Positions 14,159 to 25,588 of a DNA stretch of 64,000 bases are shown here, piece by piece. The notes under the pieces are model-generated. The model ran no database searches and was not told the origin of the DNA. It was given only the letters and a program-made list of their open reading frames with translations. Made by a program: the position numbers and the translations under genes. Positions within the stretch are counted from its first letter, which is position 1. Every line of letters begins with the position of its first letter. Origin of the DNA: Syncephalis fuscata S228 (lineage: Eukaryota; Fungi; Zoopagomycota); NCBI GenBank assembly GCA_025786725.1, contig JAHLTZ010000030.1:124001-188000 (forward strand). Direction: 5' to 3'.

Positions 14159-14725
14159 TTATTGTGGGCACGTAATAGTAATGTCTTTGCTAATGGTTGG
14201 TTTGTAAGCCCAGTCAATTCCCTTGATCCATAGTTTGGCTTCGATCTTGGCGGGCAACGATGTACGTGGTGGCGCACAGATGGCCACAAGACGAGCGACT
14301 TCTGGGTCGTTCTTATCGCCTTTGTAGTTAATATCGATGGGAATTGTAAGGTTATACATGTCACGCTTTGGAATATCAATATCAATCAGTGTGCCGTTGC
14401 CAATAAGCTTATCATTTGACTTGTCGTAGACGTTGGTCTCCACCTTGTTAATGGTCCAGCCAATATAGTTTCTGTTATTGATTTGAATAGTTGCGTTATA
14501 TTTGCCGGAGAACGAACTATCTGTGATACTGGGTGCGTTCACCGTGCGAATACCCAAATATTGCACGTCTGGTATGCGTGGCCAGAGGAAGAACAGCGTA
14601 AGTGCAATGCCAACCAATATAATAAGAAGTACAATGCAGCAAATGAGGCAGGTACAGCAGCAGCAAGACCGCTTATGAACCGGCTTGGATCGTTCTTGAT
14701 AGGAGAATACGGTGGGTGGTGCCAT
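14159..14725 (-). CDS. Single-pass membrane protein with a LEA_2/NDR1-HIN1-like lumenal domain
   Basis: Cys-rich juxtamembrane SCCCCTCLICC, a TM helix, WPRIP, then INNRNY.. and a beta-rich domain typical of LEA_2. Confidence 0.7.
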   Translation of the reverse strand: MAPPTVFSYQERSKPVHKRSCCCCTCLICCIVLLIILVGIALTLFFLWPRIPDVQYLGIRTVNAPSITDSSFSGKYNATIQINNRNYIGWTINKVETNVYDKSNDKLIGNGTLIDIDIPKRDMYNLTIPIDINYKGDKNDPEVARLVAICAPPRTSLPAKIEAKLWIKGIDWAYKPTISKDITITCPQ

Positions 14726-16965
14726 GATAGTAGTGTGTGCGTGTTAAAGGGTAGAAACAAACAATACGGCAGTTAGAAACTAATGGGTTGGTTAATGGGT
14801 TGGGTTTAAAGCGGCGAAAATATTGCGTTGGAAAGAGTTACGTGTCCTAGAGCGCAATGGGGTAGCAAGCAGCAATAATGACGCTGCAGATGAAAATGCC
14901 AAAAGCACAGACTATGCCAGTCAAGTTTGTAAATGCAGAAGTTTCAAGGTGGTTCGTACACGTAGAGTTACGTATATACGAAAGATGCACGAAAAAAGGA
15001 ATGCAAGACGAGGAACAATGCAGCAAATAGAAGAGGGCAATGGTGGCAACAGCAGTTCGAGTATAACATGGGCACCGCTTTTTATTGCCATCAAAGGTCG
15101 TAGCAATAGTGCTGAGAAAGTGGCTACACAGCATTGTTAACGATAGCAAGTGAAAAACGTGCATGCTACTATATAAAGGTAGAATAATCGTCAAAAGCAA
15201 AGGCGGTACCAAAAAATATCTATTTTTAGTAGCAAACGGAGTAAACTTTGGACGCCAAGAAACATCATAGAATTCTGATATATTCAAAAGTATTGAGTGC
15301 TATTGCAAATCTTCTCAGTGCATAAATATTTAATGCTTCTCTTTATTTGGCAAAAGAAGCACTGTTCGTGCCAAGAGATAGCATTGACCAGTATTTCATA
15401 ACCATGCAAGCTATGCTATGCAGTTTAATAAAATATGTGTTGGGCTAGCTGGAATGGGGTAATATGACGATAATTAATACGTAGCCAAGTCGAATATTAA
15501 ATGCTTGGTTCAACAGGGAAATCTAGCTATTAAAAATAATATACAGACAAAATAAGGCCTTTAGTTTGAAAATAGTTTCTGAAAGTTAAGTACCATTAAA
15601 TGGGTAATACAATATGTGTAAATATAGAATACCTATTGCGTTGCTCTTGTTGCTGCCTTTGGTATTACTTTTAAGCTAATTAACTGCCAGTACTCATTGA
15701 ATTGTTTTGTTTAGTAGCAAAGGCAGTTACTAATGAATGAATCAATAAATATTGTGTAGCACTAGTACTTAGACCATTAAAATGTAATGTTACTACTATG
15801 TAGTGAAATAGTTTAAACGAATAAATAATTGCTTATTTTTAGCAGGCAAAAAATGATATTCAATGATTTGATCGAATAAATAATGCCTATAACAAAATCT
15901 AACGTTTCATTAATAAATAGTACGGAACTATGGTTATTTACATTCGTACTGAAGTGGTAGCTGATTCAACAGCTATATCAGCGCATGGACTGGCACAGTT
16001 CCTAGTAGTAACACCATGCTGGTTTGAAAGAACCTGTGCGGTCATAGCAGGCGACCAGTGTTTAAACAACATGGATACCTCTCCTTCTCGCCAAGTCTCA
16101 TAGCAATGACTTGGCCAGAAATGTGGCATTTTGGCTTAAGTAGTGCAACACCACCAATAATCTTGTAGACATTTTCAAAAGCGCCACCACTTATGGAATA
16201 GTTTAGAATGTTATCAGTGAGATTATACACATGAATTTGATTGCAATAAAATACAATAAACTTACCAATATTTGTACAAACACATATAATGCGAAACGCC
16301 ACTTAACGTTAATCTTCCATTATATCTTATTTGTCGCCTCTTTATTATTAATAATCCAATTGTTAAAACTATACTCATGCCGATACAAAACACAGATAAT
16401 CTCTTTGAATGCTTGGCTTTAATACTTTTAAAATATTTAATTTGTAACATGTTAGAAATGTAAAAATAAGCAACAGTTGCTACCACTTTACCTGTGACCT
16501 TTCATATGCGTATGTTATAATCAGCTATTAAAATTTGATGAAAACAAGCCGGTAATCAATTAAATAGATATTGTTACTATCTAGATTATTAATATTGAGC
16601 AAAATAATATTTGCTTTTAATATGTATCATTAATTAAAAGCAATAGCGATCGTGCCTTTATACTATTAGTTCTAATTGTAAAATATGCACTATATCTACA
16701 TTTAGTTTATTGATTTGATCTTATATAGACACCGCTGTAGGCAGTATAAAATAGAACAAGGTCAGTATATTCGCGACTATCAACGCATTATGGGCGTAAG
16801 CCAAGCCATTTGTGACGATGTATTAATCTCTTTTATTCGTTGTCGCCCATCATTGCTCAACCTGCCTATTTTACGTTAAAATAATAACACGTGTTAGCCT
16901 TTTAATTACGTATTCATTCTTCATTAGTATTCATTGCTGTTTCGTATCTATAGCAATTATATCGT

Positions 16966-18820
16966 AACATTACAATGTTTATGGCTATTCTGCATTGCTG
17001 GTAAAGTGTCCATACAGGCATGCTGAATATAAACAAATAAACAGAATCAGCATGATATTCGTGCAATTAGCATAGGTATAAACAAATAGTCTATTTGCTA
17101 AACTATACTTTATTATTAAAAGCGGCGATTACTATTAACTGCATGATGTATCAACACATATAGGCATTGCCGATACTTTTATCAGCGGGTGCCAATAGCT
17201 ACATGGCAGACATTAGCATGCCGTATACCTACACGTCCTACCGGTCGTGGTGATTACATTTGATGTACACTACCATTTATGTCAATAAAGCAGACATACA
17301 CATAAATAACACATCGTTATAAAATGCGTAATCAATTATTTATCTGTGCATACCACCGTACTATTGTATACTTCATTATGCCCACATAATCTTGGAGTGT
17401 CGGCACATATAAATTACGTGTTTTTGAAAAATCGTGAGAGTGCTACAAATAGAAATGGCAATATAATCGTGAGAAATGACATTTTCAAACACGTTTTGGT
17501 TGCTAGCACTTTCTCATGATTATCAAAAGCACGTAATTTATATGTGCCGACACTCCAAGATTATGTGGTCATAATGAATGATATTACGTATCTCTAGTTA
17601 TATTATTAATTGAACTACAAATCGGTAAGAATTGCCTGATTTATCCAAAAAAGCAGTAATGGTTTTTATTTGCCATTTTGCCATTATAACCGCACACAAT
17701 ACCAATCGAAAGTGTATTAAATATTTAACTAACTAATTGCAGTAAACAGTCGCTTGTATGTTGGCAGCATTGATTGATGTAGCAATAACTGGCCATTGCT
17801 AGTTAGTGTACATACATTACCATCCATTATTAGCGTTGATCATGTGTCCGTGTTGTCTGGCTAGTACGACTAATAGTATAGCTGGCCTATTAAGCTATAT
17901 TAGTAGCATATGAATAGCATTGGAGTATTGATACTATTTAATATATAATGGCTATTGGCACGCATTTTGATCACAATCAATCGCAATGGCACTACTATTA
18001 TTTTGTGATTATAACAATCGTATTAATCGTTGGTATTGTGTGCGCACTAACATATATTTCACGTTGTTGTACATTGCTCAACTGCATGTTTGCTAGTACT
18101 GCATCCAATATGTGCATATTGCTGACGTATATTGACACTGATCGCCATCCATGCCAGTTGAATGTTATCGACAGGTCTGCAACTATAACAAGCAGTGGTT
18201 GCTGTTTTTATATCCGCTAACAAACATGATCATTGCTGTTGCTTTCGTGTATCATTGGATGTGTGTATATATGGATGTCAACTGTTTAGTATGATATTTA
18301 TATTGTAATGTTGATTTCCATCATGGTGCCATGCCTACCTTGTTTATAAATAATATCAAATACAGCCACTTTCTTATAGCTACTCTAACATCTAGCATAT
18401 TTAAATAGTAACTTTATTATAAAAGCAATACTAATGGAATCTTCAGTAGTTTGGTATGTCATTCATTTACCTGGATTGTATTCGGTATAGCCACACTCAC
18501 ATTAGTCACTTTAGTAATGATACCAGTAATTTATTTAGTTGGCTTATTTGTGTTAAGACTGTTACACCAATGTTAAATAATATATTAACAATTCAGTGCG
18601 ATTTGTTAAATATCTTTACAGTTAAATTATATATTCGTGCTAATGAACATGGAGCTGAATGGTGAGTGACACCAGCGATCCAAATGCTTATTATCATACA
18701 TTTATTATTTAGTATGAATATATCCTCTATTTATTTATATCATTTTATCATATACTGAATACATTCTATTCATTGTAGTTTTCAGTACACTTCATTCAGT
18801 TAGCCTATTGCGTTATATAT
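16966..18820 (+). repeat. Repeat family A, longest copy
   Basis: Direct match to 31962-33561; inverted match to 26801-28122 and 13022-13940. Confidence 0.9.
17372..17578. mobile_element. ~205-bp MITE-like hairpin (about 75-bp inverted arms) inside family A; further copies at 27510-27716 and 32368-32573
   Basis: TTCATTATGCCCACATAATCTTGGAGTGTCGGCACATATAAATTACGTG... is mirrored by ...CACGTAATTTATATGTGCCGACACTCCAAGATTATGTGGTCATAATGAA. Confidence 0.85.
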
Positions 18821-19952
18821 TGTAACACCCACACCGCAACTCATGTCTATTACTATATATTCATTCTACTGTACATCACTGTACTATATACTGGTCACAT
18901 ACCACTAATAAAGGGTGTCTGTTTATCATTAGCTGCATTTATTATAAGCGTCAAAGCAATGCACTTATTTTACCCACTTAAACGTATAAATAAATACTAT
19001 ACTTTTGTTGTTAGTATTACACGCTTCCTTTGATTATTCAATTAAATTTACATTAGTTAATACTAAATAAAGACAAATAAGAAGACTTTTGGAGACATAA
19101 CTTAAACCTATATTTTGCATGATATCGTTTATGTTTAATAAATGCATACCAGATTCAATAAACCGCAGCAAGATTTACTCGAGAATCTAAAGAAATGATG
19201 CACGTTTGAACTGTAAAATAATAGGATATAGCAAAGAAAACAATCGGTGGAAAGTTAACAGCGCATACAGCAGCTGTCCATGATGGCTGCGGTGGCTATA
19301 TGCTGCCAAAAACACTGTATACTCTGTTTTGCTATAGATTGCCATGGCAGATCGTACTAACAGCAGTTTAAGCAGCCTCAACAGTAGCAGATCCCACTGC
19401 CACTGTTGAGATTGCAGAGTTGCTGTTAGATGAACTGCAATTGCAGTCCATACTAAAACAAAGCAGACAACAAGATTTTAACAGCATATACTCTATATGG
19501 CATAAAAACAAGTTAGAAATGCACTTACTGTGTCAATAAAGCTGCCAACACCAATGATCAAAGTAATTAAAGCGACTTGTAAAAAAGGTCATATTAAAAA
19601 GAGCAATGCAAGTACATAGTATAAAAAGTGTTAGAGCTTAACTAATAGTCAGTCAACTACTAACAATATCTATATAGTATATATAGAGTGTACAAGTATA
19701 TGCAATGGATATATGCTGTCAAGTGTGAAGAAAGAGAAAGAGAAAGTGTGATGACGTAGATTGTGAGATGTGTAGTTAATATTAATGGAATTGTGAATAA
19801 AATCATCATTAATGCGTATTAAAGGATAAGTCAATGGATACCAAAACACTCATTATTGTAGAACGTATGTTCAATATTGATCAGTATATTAGAAAGCTTA
19901 ATTAAATATAATAAAAGTCATTTGGCCACCAAAACTACGCATTATTATAGAA
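18761..19952 (-). repeat. Repeat family B copy, inverted relative to 35890-37028
   Basis: Shared spurious ORF MRLLKLLLVRSAMAIYSKTEY at 19187(-) and 36458(+). Shared terminus AGTCATTTGGCCACCAAAACTACGCATTATTATAGAA. Confidence 0.88.
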
Positions 19953-20152
19953 CATATATTCAGTATAATAGCGAATGTATTAAAAGAATAAAAATCATTT
20001 AACGCCAAATGTTATCATTATAAAATAATATCCAATTAAATAACGAATTTATAAAGAAGGATGGATATTAATGAATAAAGACATATTACTATTATTATAA
20101 TCAAAAATTGATTTATTAATGTATTTGTATATACGAATAGGAAGAACATATT

Positions 20153-23100
20153 TTACCAGGCAAGCTGCTCTTGACCGTCATTACAAGCAGCATTGGCAGC
20201 TGGAGCATCGCCGCTACCACAGCCACCTTGACTGGCAGCTGCCTCGCCATTATCTTGCATAGCTACACGGAATAGACGACCGCCATAGCGTTTATACATC
20301 TCGGTAACACCGCCACCAGCCATTAGACGTTCTTCCATAAGACTTAGGCCGAATGGGAAGCGTTCACCGCCACATTCGACTACACGCTGTTTAACATCAA
20401 TACGAATATCGGCACCTTCTTGGGCCAGTTCGTAGAAACGGTCATCAGTAATAATAATGCCCAAAAGCGACATCATAGGCTGGTTACGGCCGTAGATAAA
20501 GGCATATGATCGAGCAATGACTGCTTGAATACCAGCGCCGCGCAAAGCACGTGGTGCTTCTTCACGCGATGAGCCCGAGCCAAATCCAACGCCAGCTACA
20601 ATGATGTTACGGCCTTCAGCAACGCGTGGCACAAACTCCGGTCGGAAATACTGGAAGGCATGCGTGCCCAAATCTTCATCGCTAACACCAGGCATAAACT
20701 CGGCTGGAATAATAGCATCTGTGTCGACATGGTCATCAAATCGTTGTACTTTGCCACTAATCTCTGTTTCAAATTTGGGCAATGAAGCAGCATCTTCGCT
20801 GGCACTTGATGCATTGCCGTCCGATTCAACAGCAGTGGCCAGGACAGGATTGGGCTCGGAAATAACAATAGGATCGCCCTTTTCCATCCAGATCTCCAAC
20901 ATACGTTGGTAGCGTGTTTGGTCGATAACATTAAGCAATTCACGTGGATTGCGTACTTTCATCTCAAAGCTACTGGCAGCAACAGTAGCAGCACTGGCCA
21001 AGTTACCAATCGATCCCTTGCCCATACGATTCTTGAAGTTACGGTTCTGTGAGCTAAGCCATACTTCACCTTCACCGGCACGATCAGCAGCAACAGCAAT
21101 GCAGTAAGAACAGCCTGGTGCACCAATCTCAAAGCCGCACTTTTCGTACACTTCAAGTAGGCCAAGACGGCGTAGTTTGGCAACAATAGGCACGGAGCCC
21201 GGCGTTACCTTACGTTTGCCATTAACGGATGGTACCCAGCCACGGGCCAAACCAGCTTCAAGTACCAAGGCAGCCAAAATCAAATCTTCTTCGGCTGTGG
21301 TGCAAGCACCGATGAAACAGCCATCTAACTGCATACCCGCCACTTCATCAACTGGCACAACATTATCAGGCGATGGATAAAGAGCAATCAATGAATCGAC
21401 CTTGCTAAGATCGATAACATGCGATTCGGCATATTCAGCATCTGGATCGGAACGGAAGTAAAGTGCACTATTCTTATGCTGTGGATCTTTGCGCTTAGCA
21501 ATATAGGCTGCAGTCACTTCATCCGCTTCAAAGACACCGGCAATACCGCCAAATTCGGTTGCCATATTGGAGATGGCGAAGCGAGCATCGCAGCTTAAAT
21601 GACGCAGACCAGATCCGGTAAATTCAACAGCACGTTCAAATGCTACTGTATTACGCTTCAATTCACCAAGTACGTAAAGAATGGCATCTTTTCCACCAAT
21701 ACCAAATGGCGGCCGACCAACAAAGCTATTAGATATTAATTAATTAATTAAATAATTAAGTAAATAAGTAATTAAATAAATGAGTAAGTAAATAAGTAAA
21801 TAAGTAATAATACGCTATTGCTATATATTTGCTTACCGAATTTCAACAGTTTCAGGCACTTTAAACCAAGTCTCGCCTGTAACCAATGGCATAACAACAT
21901 CGGCCGCACCAAGACCAACGGCAAATGCACCTACATTACCGGCCGAACAACTATGCGAATCAGCGCCAATAACAATCATACCAGGCTGAGCACGTTCACG
22001 ACAGAATTCGGTGTGTAAAATGGTATAGTTGGGCTCGTAGAAATCAACCAACTCAGCTTCTTTGGCAAATGATGCACTTGCTTCGATAAGCTCTCGTGGC
22101 TTTGGCTGGTCATTAATACGTGGATCGACCGTGTGGTCAATAGCAAGCCAGAAACGATCATTGCGACGAATCTTTGGTCGTTCCATTTGATCGTATGTCT
22201 TCTCCATACCTTTCCAGGTAAGTTCGCTGGCTAGTGTCCAGTCAACGCTGACACACACCATATCACCAGGCTTGACTTGGCCAGGTCCTTCCAAACCAAT
22301 AGCACCATGGCAGATAATCTTTTCGCAAAGTGTCATGGGACGACGACCAACTGGACGAGTAAGCAAAAGACCCCGGTCTTCAGCCTTGCATAGCGATTGT
22401 AGTTCTGCACGCAAAAGCTCAACAATACGGCTACCAGTTTCAACTGTCGATTTGTCGCCTGCTAAATCGCGTGTACGATAACCGTGACCACCTTCATCAA
22501 CTGGGTCAAGTACACGTCGTACAGCATTCTCAACGGCATGTGCTTCAGCTTCCATCTTCAATGAGTAGCGCAGCATCAAAGCAACGCTTAGAATGGTACC
22601 GATTGGATTGGCAATGCCTTTACCGGCAATATCGGGTGCACTGCCGTGAATTGGCTCGTACAAACCGATACCTTCACCGTTAGGAAGACCATTCAACGAG
22701 GCGCTGGGCAATAAGCCAAGGCTGCCTGGAATAACACTGGCTTCATCACTTAGAATATCACCAAACATATTCTCAGTAAGTACAACGCCGTTAAGTGCAC
22801 GTGGATTCTTGACCATAAGCATAGCAGCTGAATCAACCAGATGGTGGTCAAGTGCTACCTTAGGGAATTCCTGCGCAAATGTTTCGGTGACAATGCGACG
22901 CCACAAGCGTGATGTAGCTAGTACATTGGCCTTGTCAATGCTGTGAACAGCTAGGTGTGGGCGTTGTTGCATAGCAAGGTGGCCAGCCAAACGAGCAATA
23001 CGACGAATTTCGTCGGCGCTGTATGGCATTGTATCCAAAGCTATTAATAGCAATTATAAGCAACTATTAATTTATGAATATATTGTATTATAGCTTACCA

Positions 23101-23694
23101 TGTCCATCAATGTCACCTTCTTTATGTTCGCCAAAGTAGACACCGCCGCATAACTCGCGTACTACGGTGAATTCAGTGCCACGTACTATTTCTTCCTTCA
23201 ATGGACTGCAAGCTACCAGCGACTCACTGGCAAATGATGCTGGACGCAGATTGGCGTATAAATCAAGTGATTTACGCAATTGAAGAATGCCTTCTTCTGG
23301 TCGTGGAGTCATACCCTTGCTGGGATCGGCTGGATCAACTGGATGTGGCCATTGAGGACCACCCACGGCACCTAGCAGAATTGCTTTGGCCGATCGACAA
23401 GCCTCTAGCGTTTCTGTTGGTAGTGGGACGCCTATAAATTAAAATCAATAACAATTAAATAGACAGCTACTATTAGTAACATTTTTATTATTACACGTAG
23501 TTCAGATACTTGCCTGTTGCTTCGATAGCTGCACCACCAATTAAAGCGTGCTCAATCTTTAGTGACGTGCCTAGACGGGCACCGCGTAGCTCGTTTACGG
23601 CTTCGAGCACTTTAATTGCTTCAGTACAGACTTCAGGGCCGATGCCATCGCCCGATACGACGACAATCTTTTCTTCGCGTAAATTATTCGACAT
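20153..23694 (-). CDS. LEU2-LEU1: Fusion protein (~1096 aa): 3-isopropylmalate dehydrogenase (LEU2/LeuB) + aconitase-family dehydratase large domain (LeuC/HacA-like) + swivel small domain (LeuD/HacB-like)
   Basis: Exons 23694-23514, 23431-23099, 23040-21837 and 21725-20153 total 3291 nt in one frame. IPMDH motifs: [63 protein letters not shown]. Dehydratase motifs: [40 protein letters not shown]; [30 protein letters not shown]. Confidence 0.93.
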
Positions 23695-23798
23695 TTTTTT
23701 TGAATACAAGCAATGAGACCAATGACAGCAAATGAGACAAGATGCAATAGCTTACTAAGCTTGCTTTGTTTTAAAAGCAGCCACAACTAAGACCGTGC

Positions 23799-23810
23799 GA
23801 CTCGGAGTCA
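23799..23810 (-). promoter_or_regulatory. Putative Gcn4/CpcA-type site (TGACTC) upstream of LEU2-LEU1
   Basis: GAGTCA at 23805-23810, within the near-palindrome GACTCGGAGTC, ~110 bp upstream of the ATG. Confidence 0.4.
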
Positions 23811-24307
23811 ACAAATATACACGAACTTGTGCAGAACAATACAATAGAAGCCGAAGTTCAATAAGAACCGTTGTTATACGAGAACTAGCAAACAAGAAGG
23901 AGATAAAGAGGTGGGCGCTACTACTTGTAAACACCTATAGTTATACGTGCGCTATCGTCATACTTTTATACTTTGTACGTCGGAGTCCTTCAATGGGAAT
24001 ACGTATTTCTATTTGTGTGCATGTGTGTGGTGTGTGTGTGTGTGTAGAATGTTTGCTATGATGTGTTTTAATCATAGATGTAAAGATGAGATCGATAAGT
24101 ACCAATCAGACATCAGAATCAATTACCACGCTTTATCAATGATCAGCTCAGCGATATGGAAGATTGAGTAAGTGTTTATTGTAATAGATAAGAATAGTTG
24201 GTGTATTAGTTGGTTAGTAATATTAAACAAGTGAACAGTAGTAGTAGTAATAATAACAAAATACTATTATAATCATATTAGATAACTAGCAGTTTATTTA
24301 ATTAATA

Positions 24308-25521
24308 TTAACCAGGTGGGAGCATTGTAGCATCGACCTTGGGCGAGTCATCTGTCGCAGCATCCACTTCATCTGCGTCTTCTCCAAGAATAGGTGCTCG
24401 AGGCATTGCCATAGCGCCTAGAAATAAATAAATAAACAAGTTACACGTCTAAAGACAATATATCTAATAGTATGGCTTACCACTACGAGCTGCTTCCAAA
24501 ATACCAAATGGCTGTACCAATTTAACAAAGGCGTCAATGCGATTGGGCTTGGCACATAGCTCAATAACCACCGAACCAGAACTAACATCAATTACACGAC
24601 CACGGAAAAGACTCGTTAGTTCAGAAAGACCTCGCAGATTGAACTGTGTCTCTTGTAGCATGGCTAATGGATCAACCATATCATTTTGGTCCTATAATCA
24701 ATAATATAATCAATAAATTGATTATTATCTTTAATGTCTTTTTATTACTTACTTGCTCAAGTGATTCTTCCGTATCTTTCTTATGTATTAATCGTTGGCG
24801 AATCATTTCTTGTGCAGCACCCAATGTCGATACCTTGATCAATAGCAATTCTCGTTCAACTAAACGTGAATTTGTATAATCAATGACGGCCCATACTGGT
24901 ACCTAATCCCTTGTTAGATTAACATACACTATTTACATACTATATCTTTATTCATCTTACCAAATCTTCAAGCTGACGTCTAGCTTGTTCAACGACCGAC
25001 TCTTGCCCTTTAACAATAATCGTCATACGACTTAAATCACGTACTTCAGTGCGAGATACAACTAAGCTTTCAATGTTAAAGCCACGTCCAGCAAGAATGC
25101 CGCTCACTCGGCTAAGTACACCCGGCTCGTCTTGGACAAGACAGCTAAGTACACGACGCTGAGATGGCTGTGCAGCATTCTCTGGCGTGTTGTACAGTAT
25201 ATTAGTTACCGCTTCCTCGGCCGTGGGCGTTGGTGGAGTCGGTAGCGGTGGAAAGTGCCGGCGATGGTGGTGCAACTTGAATGCAATGGCCGAGGTCGAC
25301 GGGACCGTTGATTCAGAACGGCATTGGATGCTATTACGTTGATGACCAACGACCGTTGAATTGCTGTTGCTTGATGAACTAACGACGGCTGGTAGTATCG
25401 TACGCTATAATGGCACCATTAGTATCACGTCAAATAGTCTCATTAAACGCGTGTCATTTACCTGAGCAATACGAGCACACGCCAGGCGCGTTACAGCACT
25501 AGACGTTTTAAGTAGAAGCAT
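24308..25521 (-). CDS. ILV6: Acetolactate synthase regulatory (small) subunit, mitochondrial; 5 exons
   Basis: Presequence MLLLKTSSAVTRLACARIAQ; AVTNILYNTP; LSCLVQDEPGVLSRVSGILAGRGFNIESLVV..LSRMTI..VEQARRQLEDLVPVWAVIDY; ERELLLIKV; C-terminal LPPG*. Confidence 0.95.
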
Positions 25522-25582
25522 GCCGTAAAAATAAACGGCAACCAAGTAAGTAATAGATAGATAGATAGATAGACGAGCAGTG

Positions 25583-25588
25583 GAGTCA
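25583..25588 (-). promoter_or_regulatory. Putative Gcn4/CpcA-type site (TGACTC) upstream of ILV6
   Basis: GAGTCA at 25583-25588, ~60 bp upstream of the ATG at 25521. Confidence 0.35.

Noticed and set aside
15930-16200. Possible decayed trypsin-like protease on the minus strand (KIIGG..., TGSFKPAW, VTTRNC)
   Set aside because: The motifs fall in different frames, the catalytic His/Asp/Ser motifs are missing, and the similarity is too weak to call without a search.
23694-23694. Reading the fusion as lysine-pathway LYS12-LYS4
   Set aside because: The dehydrogenase has IPMDH-type motifs ([24 protein letters not shown]), lacks a mitochondrial presequence, and sits among ILV genes.
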